From Acutalibacteraceae bacterium (GTDB lineage: Bacteria; Bacillota; Clostridia; Oscillospirales; Acutalibacteraceae), in contig JAZQDU010000008.1 in NCBI GenBank assembly GCA_045546915.1, positions 34,291 through 98,290 on the forward strand: DNA of 64,000 nt, in the 5' to 3' direction. Shown here in pieces: positions 54,923 to 63,647 of this stretch (position 1 is the first letter of the stretch; each line of letters starts with the position of its first letter). The notes under the pieces are model-generated. The model worked only from the letters and a program-made list of their open reading frames with translations. It made no database searches and was not told the origin of the DNA. Made by a program: the position numbers and the translations under genes.

Positions 54923-56101
54923 TTAATTTAATTCAATTTTCAATACTTTACCAATATCGTTTGAAGATATTCCATCTCCACCAAGACCAACATAAAAATC
55001 GTTGCCATTTTTTTCAAAACTTAAAGCACTGCAACTATGATTGAACGAATAAACTTCCGTTAAATTTTCTCCGTTTAAGGCATAGATTGTGTTATTAAAA
55101 TCGTTGTTATTTTTAATAACTGCCAAAACGTAGAGGGTTTCACCGTTGCCTTTATCAACCATTAAATCAGTGACGCAAGCATTGTTAGGTATATTGATTT
55201 TTTTGAAATTTATAAAATCATCGGTTTTGTAAAGATTGCCCATTGATAAATAACAACTATTATTAATAACAGCATCAGCATTAAATAATAATTGGTTTTT
55301 AATCGGTTTATTCATTTTCATTCCGCTGGCCTTAAAAGCTTGGCAGAATTCAAACACGTTGTTTTTTAATTGGAAAAACTCAAGAGTGGTTTTACCATCG
55401 TAATAAGTAATTGTTAAAGCACAGTATAATTTATCGTTTATGTTAAATAAATCAGTAACTCTTTTATATTTAACGTTTGGTGTGTTTTTTAGAGCGTCAA
55501 TAACATTTGTGCCTTTTTTATATAGAGGAATATTGGTGTATTCATTAGTTTCAGGAACAAATTTTACAACAGGGTAATCATTAGTTTCATATCCAACACC
55601 AAAGTAAAAGGCGTTTTTGTAATATGCTGCGTCAAAGGTATGTAAAGCATCCTTTATTTTTGAAAATGTTTGCCATTTACCTTCTTTTAAAACATAATTT
55701 TCTGCATATTCAGGACGTCCTATCGGGTCGGCACCAATCGCAATATTTTCGCCGTTTAAATTTAAAAAACGAATAATAGCCTCTTGTGCAAATGTTCCGG
55801 AATTTATCCATTGTAATGTTTTGTTAGAATACTTAAAAATGGATGTTTCGCCCGAGTTGTAATCAAAGTCGCCATTAGCAACATAAAGTTCATCATTAAT
55901 TATTGAGATATCCCAAGGATTTCTTGCATTGGCAGTTATATTTGTGATTTCGTGAGAACATATTCCCAAATCAATTATAGATGTTTCTGGGCTTGAGTTG
56001 TCGTTGGGTGTAGGATTGCTACTTGTTCCTGTTGTCTCACACGCCGACAAACAGAAAAGCATACAAACAGCAAGCAATAGTGAAATTAATTTCTTTGACA
56101 T
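54923..56101 (-). CDS. Hypothetical lipoprotein (beta-rich, Asn/Tyr-rich)
   Basis: GGAGG at 56110-56114 precedes the ATG at 56101. Signal peptide plus lipobox LSAC. The ORF-track start at 56188 would include the leader terminator. Confidence 0.65.
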   Translation of the reverse strand: MSKKLISLLLAVCMLFCLSACETTGTSSNPTPNDNSSPETSIIDLGICSHEITNITANARNPWDISIINDELYVANGDFDYNSGETSIFKYSNKTLQWINSGTFAQEAIIRFLNLNGENIAIGADPIGRPEYAENYVLKEGKWQTFSKIKDALHTFDAAYYKNAFYFGVGYETNDYPVVKFVPETNEYTNIPLYKKGTNVIDALKNTPNVKYKRVTDLFNINDKLYCALTITYYDGKTTLEFFQLKNNVFEFCQAFKASGMKMNKPIKNQLLFNADAVINNSCYLSMGNLYKTDDFINFKKINIPNNACVTDLMVDKGNGETLYVLAVIKNNNDFNNTIYALNGENLTEVYSFNHSCSALSFEKNGNDFYVGLGGDGISSNDIGKVLKIELN

Positions 56102-56331
56102 TTTTCTTTCCTCCAAAATAAAAAAAGTGCGACAAACGAAGTTATCGCACTGAAAAATGCAAACCCCGATTGTCGCCAAACAAATCAAAATCAGAATGGA
56201 AGTAGTTTCGTCATCCTAATTTGTGGAATTTGCATTTTTACCAAATTCAAAAATTAGGATGCAGAAAAACGGGTATAATATACCCCATAAAAAAGGACTA
56301 CACCATTTTTTGATTATTTGATTTGTTTGGC
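56102..56331 (-). promoter_or_regulatory. Structured 5' leader with an intrinsic terminator (candidate riboswitch/attenuator, or a palindromic insertion)
   Basis: Outer arms are 56175-56199 and 56303-56331. Inner hairpins are 56211-56262 and 56270-56286. The GTGCGA/TCGCAC hairpin (56127-56150) plus a U-run lies immediately 5' of the RBS. Confidence 0.45.
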
Positions 56332-56337
56332 TTAATT

Positions 56338-56366
56338 AGTATATCACACATTTGGAGTTTTTACAA
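56338..56366 (-). promoter_or_regulatory. Candidate sigma-A promoter (TTGTAA-17-TGaTATACT on the minus strand)
   Basis: On the plus strand, AGTATA at 56338-56343 and TTACAA at 56361-56366. The predicted start coincides with the first base of the outer palindrome arm (~56331). Confidence 0.45.
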
Positions 56367-56507
56367 CTATTTATAATAAAAAATAATCCTATTGTAGCGC
56401 AAGCATATTATAAAAGCGGTAGAAAATCAATGCGGAGCATTGTATATCATAAAGCCGACAGTTATATACACTTCGTGTGATGATATACCAAGCCTGTCGG
56501 CTTGAAT

Positions 56508-56541
56508 AAAAAAATCCTCGTTCCGAAGAACGAGGATTTTT
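56508..56541 (-). terminator. Intrinsic terminator after tRNA-Thr
   Basis: AAAATCCTCGTTC CGAA GAACGAGGATTTT. Confidence 0.85.
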
Positions 56542-56617
56542 TGGAGCTGTTAGGCAGACTCGAACTGCCGACCTCATCCTTACCAAGGATGTGCTCTACC
56601 ACCTGAGCCATAACAGC
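56542..56617 (-). tRNA. tRNA-Thr (anticodon GGU)
   Basis: The minus strand reads GCTGTTA..GCTCAGGTGGTAGAGC..CATCC TTGGTAA GGATG..GGCAGTTCGAGTCTGCC TAACAGC T CCA, a 76-nt cloverleaf. Confidence 0.9.
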
Positions 56618-56693
56618 ATATTGACAACGGTATGTATTTTACATCATCTTAATACCGTTGTCAAGACTAATTTTTAAAAATTAAAACATTTTA

Positions 56694-57152
56694 TTATTTT
56701 TTGTCGACAAGTAATTTGTTAAGCTCGTCCATAAAGGTGCTAATATCTTTAAACTGACGGTAAACACTGGCAAATCTTACGTATGCGACTTCGTCTAATG
56801 TCTTAAGTTTTTCCATTACAAGTTCACCGATTCGTTCGCTTGTAACCTCGCGGTCGAGTGAGTTTTGAAGTACTGCTTCAATATCGTCAACTGCGTGTTC
56901 AATATTGTTAATAGAAACGGGACGCTTTTCACATGCTTTGAGCATACCGTTAATAAGTTTGTCTCGGTTAAATACTTCGCGTGATTTATCCTTCTTAATA
57001 ACAATAACGGGCAAACTCTCAATTATTTCATAAGTAGTAAAACGCTTCTGGCATTTAAGACACTCTCTGCGACGGCGGATGCGTTCGCCTTCGTCGGTAG
57101 GTCTCGAATCGATTACCTTGCTTTCTTCATAAGAACAGAACGGACACTTCAT
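56694..57152 (-). CDS. nrdR: Transcriptional repressor NrdR
   Basis: MKCPFC....V.DSRP......RRRREC..C..RFTT.E zinc ribbon plus an ATP-cone. Confidence 0.92.
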   Translation of the reverse strand: MKCPFCSYEESKVIDSRPTDEGERIRRRRECLKCQKRFTTYEIIESLPVIVIKKDKSREVFNRDKLINGMLKACEKRPVSINNIEHAVDDIEAVLQNSLDREVTSERIGELVMEKLKTLDEVAYVRFASVYRQFKDISTFMDELNKLLVDKK

Positions 57153-57297
57153 ATTAAGACGCTCCTAACAATATTGTTTGATTCATTGTAACACATAATC
57201 CACAATATAACAAGAAAAATTTTGAAATTAATGCAATATATTGAAATTTTTTGAGGTTTATGGTAAAATACCGCCGTATTATTATAGAAACAAGGCG

Positions 57298-58020
57298 ATG
57301 TATGTGCAAACTTTCAACAACAGTTTTAAAAAAGGTCTTAGCGACGGTATACCCATAGCACTTGGTTACATAGCTGTTTCATTCGCCTTTGGCGTAATGG
57401 CGGTAAAGGGTAATATACCTGTTTTATTGGCTGTGCTTATTTCAATGACCAACCTTACTTCGGCGGGTCAGTTGGCAGGGTTATCATTAATTATCAGTCA
57501 GGCGTCGTTGGTTGAGGCAGCGTTGACTCAGTTTATCATAAATTTACGTTATTCGCTCATGTCGGTTTCGGTTTCGCAAAAACTGCATAAGTCTGTGACT
57601 TTACCTGAGCGTTTTGCCGTTTCGTTTGGTGTTACCGATGAGATTTTTGCGGTTGTATCGGGCGGTAGGCAAGAGGTAGGCACCAAATATATGTACGGAC
57701 TTATAACTTTACCGTATTTTGGCTGGGCGTCGGGTACTTTGCTCGGTGCTCTGGCAGGTTCAATTCTTCCTGCGTTTGTGTTAAGTGCTTTGGGAATTGC
57801 CATTTACGGTATGTTTATTGCAATTTTTATTCCTCCGTTAAAAAAATGTTCAACCGTTGCGGTGGTTGTTGCTCTGGCTTCATTACTCAGTTGTTGCTTT
57901 GAGTATTTGCCGGTTTTAAATTCGGTATCGTCGGGTTTTGTTATAATAATATGTGCCTGCGTTGCGGCGTTTGTTGGTGCTGTTTTAAAACCCGTTGACG
58001 ACCAATCGGAGGTGGCGTAA
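57298..58020 (+). CDS. azlC: AzlC-family branched-chain amino acid transporter subunit
   Basis: ..GIPIALGYIAVSFAFGV.. N-terminus, multi-TM, directly followed by an AzlD-like gene. The ATG at 57298 is preferred over the TTG at 57241. Confidence 0.75.
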   Translation: MYVQTFNNSFKKGLSDGIPIALGYIAVSFAFGVMAVKGNIPVLLAVLISMTNLTSAGQLAGLSLIISQASLVEAALTQFIINLRYSLMSVSVSQKLHKSVTLPERFAVSFGVTDEIFAVVSGGRQEVGTKYMYGLITLPYFGWASGTLLGALAGSILPAFVLSALGIAIYGMFIAIFIPPLKKCSTVAVVVALASLLSCCFEYLPVLNSVSSGFVIIICACVAAFVGAVLKPVDDQSEVA

Positions 58021-58331
58021 TGCTTGAAATAATAAGTCATATTGCGGTTATGGCGGTTGTTACGTATTTGGTAAGAATGTTGCCGATGGTAATATTCAGA
58101 AACAAAATAAAAAACCGCTTTATAAAATCGTTTCTTTATTATATGCCGTATGCAGTACTTGCCGCCATGACATTTCCTGCTGTGTTTTTCTCAACGGGAA
58201 ACGTTGTTTCGGCGACGGTTGGAGTAGCGGTCGCTTTACTGCTGGCGTTGTTTGAAAAGGGACTTGTTACGGTTGCTGTATCTTCCTGTGTTGCCGTGTT
58301 AGTAACCGATATTTTAATGAAATACTTATAA
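58020..58331 (+). CDS. azlD: AzlD-family branched-chain amino acid transport protein
   Basis: 103 aa, 3-4 TM segments, ..TYLVRMLPMV... The start overlaps the azlC stop. Confidence 0.75.
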   Translation: MLEIISHIAVMAVVTYLVRMLPMVIFRNKIKNRFIKSFLYYMPYAVLAAMTFPAVFFSTGNVVSATVGVAVALLLALFEKGLVTVAVSSCVAVLVTDILMKYL

Positions 58332-58360
58332 AAAAACGAGGTAAAAACCTCGTTTTTTAT
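58331..58360. terminator. Bidirectional intrinsic terminator
   Basis: AAAAAAACGAGGT AAAA ACCTCGTTTTTT. Confidence 0.85.
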
Positions 58361-59055
58361 TTGGGCTGTTCTTTACTGCCTAACGGAATAATTTTTTCAA
58401 AAAGACAGGTGTAGTCGGCAGTTACAAGTCGGTCTTCGTGCAGACTGCCGAAGTACCAGTGCTTAAATTTTACCGACCTTGCAAGTTCTTCAAAATATCC
58501 GTTGAGTTTGTTAACTTGTTCAGGTTGTCCTTTGCGTAATAACATGGCGCTTTTAACCCTCAAAGGTGGTTCGTGGGTGATGATGTAATCAACCTTTAAT
58601 CCTGCTTCGTCAAGGTTGTGCGCTCCGACTGCAAGTTGTTCGGGTGAGGGAAGTTCCTCTCTAAACCAGATACCGTGTTCTTCGGTGTTTCGCACTTCGC
58701 GGTCGTCACTCTCGCCGCCACCGAAGGTGAATATTTTAGTGCCGTCGATATTAAAAATCTGACCTCGCATAAGGTGGAACAGATTTCCGCTTATGCGGTG
58801 TACGTGACCGCCTTTCCAAATAGTTTCATGGCATTTGTTGATTTTACTGAAATTTTCGTGTGTGCCGTCGACAAAACAGACCGTAAACTTTCGGCTGCCT
58901 AAATAGTCAAGCACGCTTTTTTCGGTTTTTCCACCGTTCCAAAGGTAGCCGAAATCACCGCATATAATAAGGATATCTCCTTTTTTTAACTTTCGCCACT
59001 GTGCGTCATAAAGTCGCGATTCGTCTCCATGCATATCACCTGTAACATATATCAT
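58357..59055 (-). CDS. Metallophosphoesterase family protein
   Basis: MIYVTGDMHGD, ..ICGDFG.. and ..GTHEN.. motifs. Confidence 0.8.
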   Translation of the reverse strand: MIYVTGDMHGDESRLYDAQWRKLKKGDILIICGDFGYLWNGGKTEKSVLDYLGSRKFTVCFVDGTHENFSKINKCHETIWKGGHVHRISGNLFHLMRGQIFNIDGTKIFTFGGGESDDREVRNTEEHGIWFREELPSPEQLAVGAHNLDEAGLKVDYIITHEPPLRVKSAMLLRKGQPEQVNKLNGYFEELARSVKFKHWYFGSLHEDRLVTADYTCLFEKIIPLGSKEQPK

Positions 59056-59165
59056 ATCGGCACCACCTTTTTCGAAAAAAATTCAAAATGCTCTTTTCTT
59101 TTTTATAAATGTTTGCTATACTTAATTATAATACTATTTTTCTTTTGATATTGCAAGGAGAAACA

Positions 59166-60527
59166 ATGAAAACCAAGATTTTTTGTGTACTTTTTTGTGT
59201 TGTAATTTTGCTGTCGTGTGTTGCTTTGCCTGCCGTTGCATACACACCGACTAATTTTGACGTTGATGCCGAGGGTGCATTGCTTGTTAATCCCGACACT
59301 GACGATGTTATATATTCAAAAAATGCCGATAAAAAACTTTATCCCGCATCGCTCACAAAGTTGATGACGGCTTTGTTGCTTTATGAGAACACAAGCGACC
59401 TTGATGATGAAATTTTGACCGTTTCTGAAAAAGCATTGAAACTCTTGCAGGGCACAGATTCTTCAATAGGCGGACTTAAAGTCGGCGAGCAGGTTACAGC
59501 CCGACAGATGCTTTATATATTGTTGCTGTCGTCGGCAAATGACGGTGCCAATGTTATCGCTGAGCATGTCGGAGGTACAATCGATGCTTTTGTTGCTTTG
59601 ATGAATCAAAGAGCGTCTCAGTTGGGTATGTCAAATACTCATTATGTGAATGCACATGGTTTACATAACACCGAACATTATACGACCGTTAATGATATGT
59701 ATATACTGACTAAAAAGTTTTTGTCGGTGCCGGTGTTAAAAGAGGTGGCATATTCCGTAAAATATCAAATGCCGGCTACTAACATTTCGGGTGCCCGTAC
59801 ATACACAACCACTAATTTTTTGTTGCTCAATAATGGTCAGAAGTGTACTGCCGAAAAGTATAAAAACCAATCTTATTACTATAAATATGCAAATGGCATA
59901 AAAACGGGATATACCGATGCCGCAGGACGTTGTCTTATTTCAACAGCAACTAAAAACGGTATGACCTATGTGTGTATTTTGATGAACAGTCCTGTTTATG
60001 AGGATGCCCAAAATAAAAGAAACAAGATTAGAATAGAGTTTGGGGATACCAAAGCGCTTTACGAATGGGCTTTTAACGAGTTCGAGTATAAAACTCTGCT
60101 TCAGGGCGGTGAAATAATCGGTGAAGCCCCAGTAGACCTTGCGTGGGATATTGATTTTGTTTCGGTAGCGCCTAAGCAAAGTTTTTCGGCGATTGTCCCT
60201 AAAGTTGCCGATTCTTCAACCGTAAGCACTTCAATTCGATGGTATAACGATGTGTACGATGCACCCATAAAAAAAGGTGACGAAGTAGGAGAATGCGACG
60301 TAATTTTTGCAGGTGAAGTTTTAGGTACGGTCAAACTTATTGCGTCGCAGGATATTGAGCGTAGTAAAATGATGCATTTTATGCGTAATGTTGAGCAGGG
60401 ATTTAATGCGGTAGTTCATTCTACAGCGTTCTATATAATTGTTGGCATTATAGTTGCCGGAGTACTTATTTTTGTTATAACTTGTATTCTGTTGAATATG
60501 CCAAAACGCAGAAAAAGAAGATATTAA
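59166..60527 (+). CDS. D-alanyl-D-alanine carboxypeptidase (serine-type, PBP5/DacB-like)
   Basis: GGAGAAAC precedes the ATG at 59166. Signal peptide, SLTK (SxxK), SAND (SxN), KTGYT (KTG), and a C-terminal TM anchor. Confidence 0.85.
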   Translation: MKTKIFCVLFCVVILLSCVALPAVAYTPTNFDVDAEGALLVNPDTDDVIYSKNADKKLYPASLTKLMTALLLYENTSDLDDEILTVSEKALKLLQGTDSSIGGLKVGEQVTARQMLYILLLSSANDGANVIAEHVGGTIDAFVALMNQRASQLGMSNTHYVNAHGLHNTEHYTTVNDMYILTKKFLSVPVLKEVAYSVKYQMPATNISGARTYTTTNFLLLNNGQKCTAEKYKNQSYYYKYANGIKTGYTDAAGRCLISTATKNGMTYVCILMNSPVYEDAQNKRNKIRIEFGDTKALYEWAFNEFEYKTLLQGGEIIGEAPVDLAWDIDFVSVAPKQSFSAIVPKVADSSTVSTSIRWYNDVYDAPIKKGDEVGECDVIFAGEVLGTVKLIASQDIERSKMMHFMRNVEQGFNAVVHSTAFYIIVGIIVAGVLIFVITCILLNMPKRRKRRY

Positions 60528-60608
60528 ACGTTACTTGTCATTAAAACGAAGTGTTGTAATTTGGTAAAGATTGATAATAAGTTTTTTAAAAAAACGAGCG
60601 TTAATTCG

Positions 60609-60637
60609 TTGACAATTTGAGTGACAGGTAGTATAAT
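60609..60637 (+). promoter_or_regulatory. Sigma-A type promoter (TTGACA-17-TATAAT)
   Basis: TTGACA at 60609-60614 and TATAAT at 60632-60637. Confidence 0.7.
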
Positions 60638-60666
60638 TACTTCATTATTGTGTGTTGGAGATTGTT

Positions 60667-61347
60667 ATGTTGAGAAGAACGATTGCATTTATTTTGTGTA
60701 TATTGATTTTTATCGGCACTCTTTCGGCTTGCAAAGGGGAAGACGCTGTTGATACAAGCAGTGTGGATAATAGTTCCAATGTGTCGGAGCCGGTTGTTTC
60801 CGACCAAAGCGAACCTCAGTCATCGGATACTCAGTCTGAGGTTGTTGAGCAGTCGATTTACGGAATATGGGTAAATAAAATCGATATAACAGTTTTGGTT
60901 GAAAAGTTTATGGCAAGAGAATTCCCCGAATCGGTTGTTGTAGTTGAACCTGTTTTGGTTGACCGCGTTTTGGAACTTTATGATAACAAAAAATGTGTTG
61001 AAACCATAAACGCTGGTAAAGTTTATTACGACGCCATCTTAAAAACGTATACGAAACATGTCCGTTCACTTTATAACGACGTTACTGCTATAAATTACAG
61101 AATAGCCAATTTTAAAACCAAGTATAAAAAAGAAAACGTAACTAAGAATATGAATACTAAATTCACAGGTACGTTTACAGTCAGGGGAGACCCAAAATCT
61201 TCAGGCACCATAACTTTCAGAGGAGAAGGTCTTGACGGACAAAAGAAGTTTACCCTTGAAGGTAATAAGATGACCACTGTAAATATTGTTAACGGAAAAG
61301 CCGACGATACGACCTTGCGTATTTATGAAAAACAATTGGAGGAATAA
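60667..61347 (+). CDS. Hypothetical lipoprotein
   Basis: ATG at 60667. Lipobox LSAC followed by a Ser/Asp-rich linker. Confidence 0.6.
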   Translation: MLRRTIAFILCILIFIGTLSACKGEDAVDTSSVDNSSNVSEPVVSDQSEPQSSDTQSEVVEQSIYGIWVNKIDITVLVEKFMAREFPESVVVVEPVLVDRVLELYDNKKCVETINAGKVYYDAILKTYTKHVRSLYNDVTAINYRIANFKTKYKKENVTKNMNTKFTGTFTVRGDPKSSGTITFRGEGLDGQKKFTLEGNKMTTVNIVNGKADDTTLRIYEKQLEE

Positions 61348-61412
61348 CACAATAATGTAATTCCGCTTGCATTTGTAAGGTAGAGTATATAAATATAAAA
61401 AGGGGAATTTTT

Positions 61413-62414
61413 ATGAAGAAAATATCTGTTTTCTTTTTATGTTTAGCCGTTTTATTGTGTTTAGTGATTACTCCATCGTTACAAGTAAGTGCCGCTGAAG
61501 GGTCATCAGTAAACTGTGTTTGGTCTCTTAAAGGTACTGTCCTCACTATTAAAGGTATCGGTGTTATGGGTAACTATTTTAATGAAGAGTTGCCTTGGGG
61601 TAGAAATATAACAGAGGTTATAATCGTAGATGGAGTCACTGATATTGGAGTTGGTGCTTTTCGAAACTGTAAAAAGTTGGTATCAGTTACCGTTCCTGAA
61701 AGCGTGACTACAATCAGAGGTGCAGCCTTTTTTGGCTGCGAATCTTTGGAAAAGGTTGTTTTGCCGGATGGCATTACAAGAATAGCCGCCGAGGCTTTTA
61801 CTAATTGTTTTAAGTTGAAAGAAATTAATATTCCTAAAAACGTTCAATACATAGATAAGTATGCTTTTATGAATTGTAAACAATTGGTTGAAGTTACAAT
61901 TCCGGATATGTGCGAAGAAATAGGAAATCTTGCGTTTTTTGGTTGTTCAAGTCTTGTTAAGGTTAACGGTGTTTTAAAGAGCGTTGGAATAAGTGCGTTC
62001 CACGGTTGTGAAAAACTCAAAGAAATCAATTTGGATGTTAAGGATATTCCAAGGTGTGCTTTTTATGGATGTAAATCGCTTGAAAAGGTGACTGTATCAG
62101 GGCAATTAAAGTCGATTGAGGTTAATGCTTTTCATGATTGCCTTAAACTTTCGATTGTAGACTACGGCAGTTTTGCTGATAATAGAAATTCTATTAGTAT
62201 GTTTGCAGGTAACGATACAATAAATAACGCCGAATGGAACTATGTTATCGTCGATGACGCTAATAACAGTACCGGAACTGTAGGCAAAGGACAACCTCAA
62301 CAAGAAAACAACAATAAAAATAAATTAATTTTCATTGTCAGTATAATAGCACTTGTTATTATTGTTGCAGGAACGGTTGCGACTGTTGTTTTGCTTAAGA
62401 AGAAAAAACATTAG
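61413..62414 (+). CDS. Leucine-rich-repeat (BspA-type) surface protein with a C-terminal TM anchor
   Basis: Signal peptide. Repeated ~23-aa units (..I.IP..V..I...AF..C..L..V..). C-terminal hydrophobic helix plus KKKKH. Confidence 0.75.
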   Translation: MKKISVFFLCLAVLLCLVITPSLQVSAAEGSSVNCVWSLKGTVLTIKGIGVMGNYFNEELPWGRNITEVIIVDGVTDIGVGAFRNCKKLVSVTVPESVTTIRGAAFFGCESLEKVVLPDGITRIAAEAFTNCFKLKEINIPKNVQYIDKYAFMNCKQLVEVTIPDMCEEIGNLAFFGCSSLVKVNGVLKSVGISAFHGCEKLKEINLDVKDIPRCAFYGCKSLEKVTVSGQLKSIEVNAFHDCLKLSIVDYGSFADNRNSISMFAGNDTINNAEWNYVIVDDANNSTGTVGKGQPQQENNNKNKLIFIVSIIALVIIVAGTVATVVLLKKKKH

Positions 62415-62416
62415 AA

Positions 62417-62450
62417 AACTGTGCACTCAAAAGGTGCACAGTTTATTTTT
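62417..62450 (+). terminator. Intrinsic terminator
   Basis: ACTGTGCAC / GTGCACAGT stem followed by TTATTTTT. Confidence 0.8.
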
Positions 62451-62505
62451 GCAGAAAAGGTCAAAGAAAGTCAAAAAATATTTTAAAAAAATTTAGGAAA
62501 AACTA

Positions 62506-62536
62506 TTGACAAAGCAGAAAAATATGGTAATATAAT
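62506..62536 (+). promoter_or_regulatory. Sigma-A promoter of the hrcA operon
   Basis: TTGACA at 62506-62511. The -10 is either TAATAT (62528-62533) or TATAAT (62531-62536). Confidence 0.65.
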
Positions 62537-62540
62537 GATG

Positions 62541-62567
62541 TTAGCACTCGCAAGAGCAGAGTGCTAA
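62541..62567 (+). promoter_or_regulatory. CIRCE operator (HrcA binding site)
   Basis: TTAGCACTC-N9-GAGTGCTAA is a perfect match to the CIRCE consensus, lying between the promoter and hrcA. Confidence 0.95.
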
Positions 62568-62582
62568 AAGGGTGGTGAGTAG

Positions 62583-63617
62583 GTGGAACTAAGCGAAAGA
62601 AAAAAGATAATACTTGGAACGGTTATAAAAAATTATATAAAAACCGGCGAACCGATAGGCTCTAAAACATTGATAGAACTTTCGGGACTTAATGTTTCGT
62701 CTGCAACGCTTCGTAATGAAATGAGCGAACTTTGTGACCTGGGCTTTTTAGAGCAACCGCATACTTCGGCTGGCAGAAGGCCTACAAGCGCAGGGTATGA
62801 TTTTTATTTTGCCCGTCTTATGAACCGACGCGAAATTACACCCGACCTTAAGGTTATTATCGATAAGATGTTGAACGATGCCGCTAAAGACCCTGAAAAT
62901 CTGGCTTCTCTTGCCGGCGAAGTTTTATCCGACCTAACGGGTTATCCTGCTATTATGGCAACAGTCACAAGGGATGAAACATATATAAGACGTGTCGACA
63001 TTTTACCCATGGGCAGAAGGACGGTTCTTATTTTGCTCATTACTTCCGACGGGTTAGCGAGGAGCCGTATCTGCCGTAGTGCATTTAATCTTGCTCCGGA
63101 GGTTCTTAGTTATTTTGACCGCCTTTGTGCTGCCGATGTAATAGGCACCGAATTATCTCGGTTTACACCTGCATATTTGCAATCGTTGGTTGCAAAAAAC
63201 GGAGGTTTATCACTTTTTATGACTCCGCTTTTATCCAGCGTTTTCGAGATGGTTGAGGACCTTCAGGCTAAGACCATCAGCGTTAAGGGTGAGTCAAATC
63301 TTATGAAGTGTTACCGTAACGATTATGAGGCAAGGGCACTTTTAGGGCTTTTAGCCGAGCAGGAAATGATTTTTTCATTACTTGCAAGCACCAATGACAG
63401 CATAGAAATAGTGTATGGTGATAAAACAGGTATTGAAGAACTTAAACCGTCAAATATAGTTGTTGCAAAATACAGCCTTGGCGGGGAGGATGTTGGCAGA
63501 ATAGGTGTTTTAGGCCCTACTCGTATGGCTTATGAACAAATTATACCGAGTGTAGAGTATTTCGCTCAAAAACTTGGTTCGGTAATGACTCAGGCTATAA
63601 ATGACCTTGAGGAATGA
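62583..63617 (+). CDS. hrcA: Heat-inducible transcription repressor HrcA
   Basis: GTG start. ..ERKKIILGTVIKNYIKTGEPIGSKTL.. winged-helix N-terminus. Context is CIRCE upstream and grpE downstream. Confidence 0.9.
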   Translation: MELSERKKIILGTVIKNYIKTGEPIGSKTLIELSGLNVSSATLRNEMSELCDLGFLEQPHTSAGRRPTSAGYDFYFARLMNRREITPDLKVIIDKMLNDAAKDPENLASLAGEVLSDLTGYPAIMATVTRDETYIRRVDILPMGRRTVLILLITSDGLARSRICRSAFNLAPEVLSYFDRLCAADVIGTELSRFTPAYLQSLVAKNGGLSLFMTPLLSSVFEMVEDLQAKTISVKGESNLMKCYRNDYEARALLGLLAEQEMIFSLLASTNDSIEIVYGDKTGIEELKPSNIVVAKYSLGGEDVGRIGVLGPTRMAYEQIIPSVEYFAQKLGSVMTQAINDLEE

Positions 63618-63647
63618 TATAATAAATAATGAAAGGATTGACGAGAG

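Noticed and set aside
56389-56586. 65-aa ORF on the minus strand
   Set aside because: It overlaps tRNA-Thr and its terminator and reads through hairpin sequences. It is not a plausible gene.
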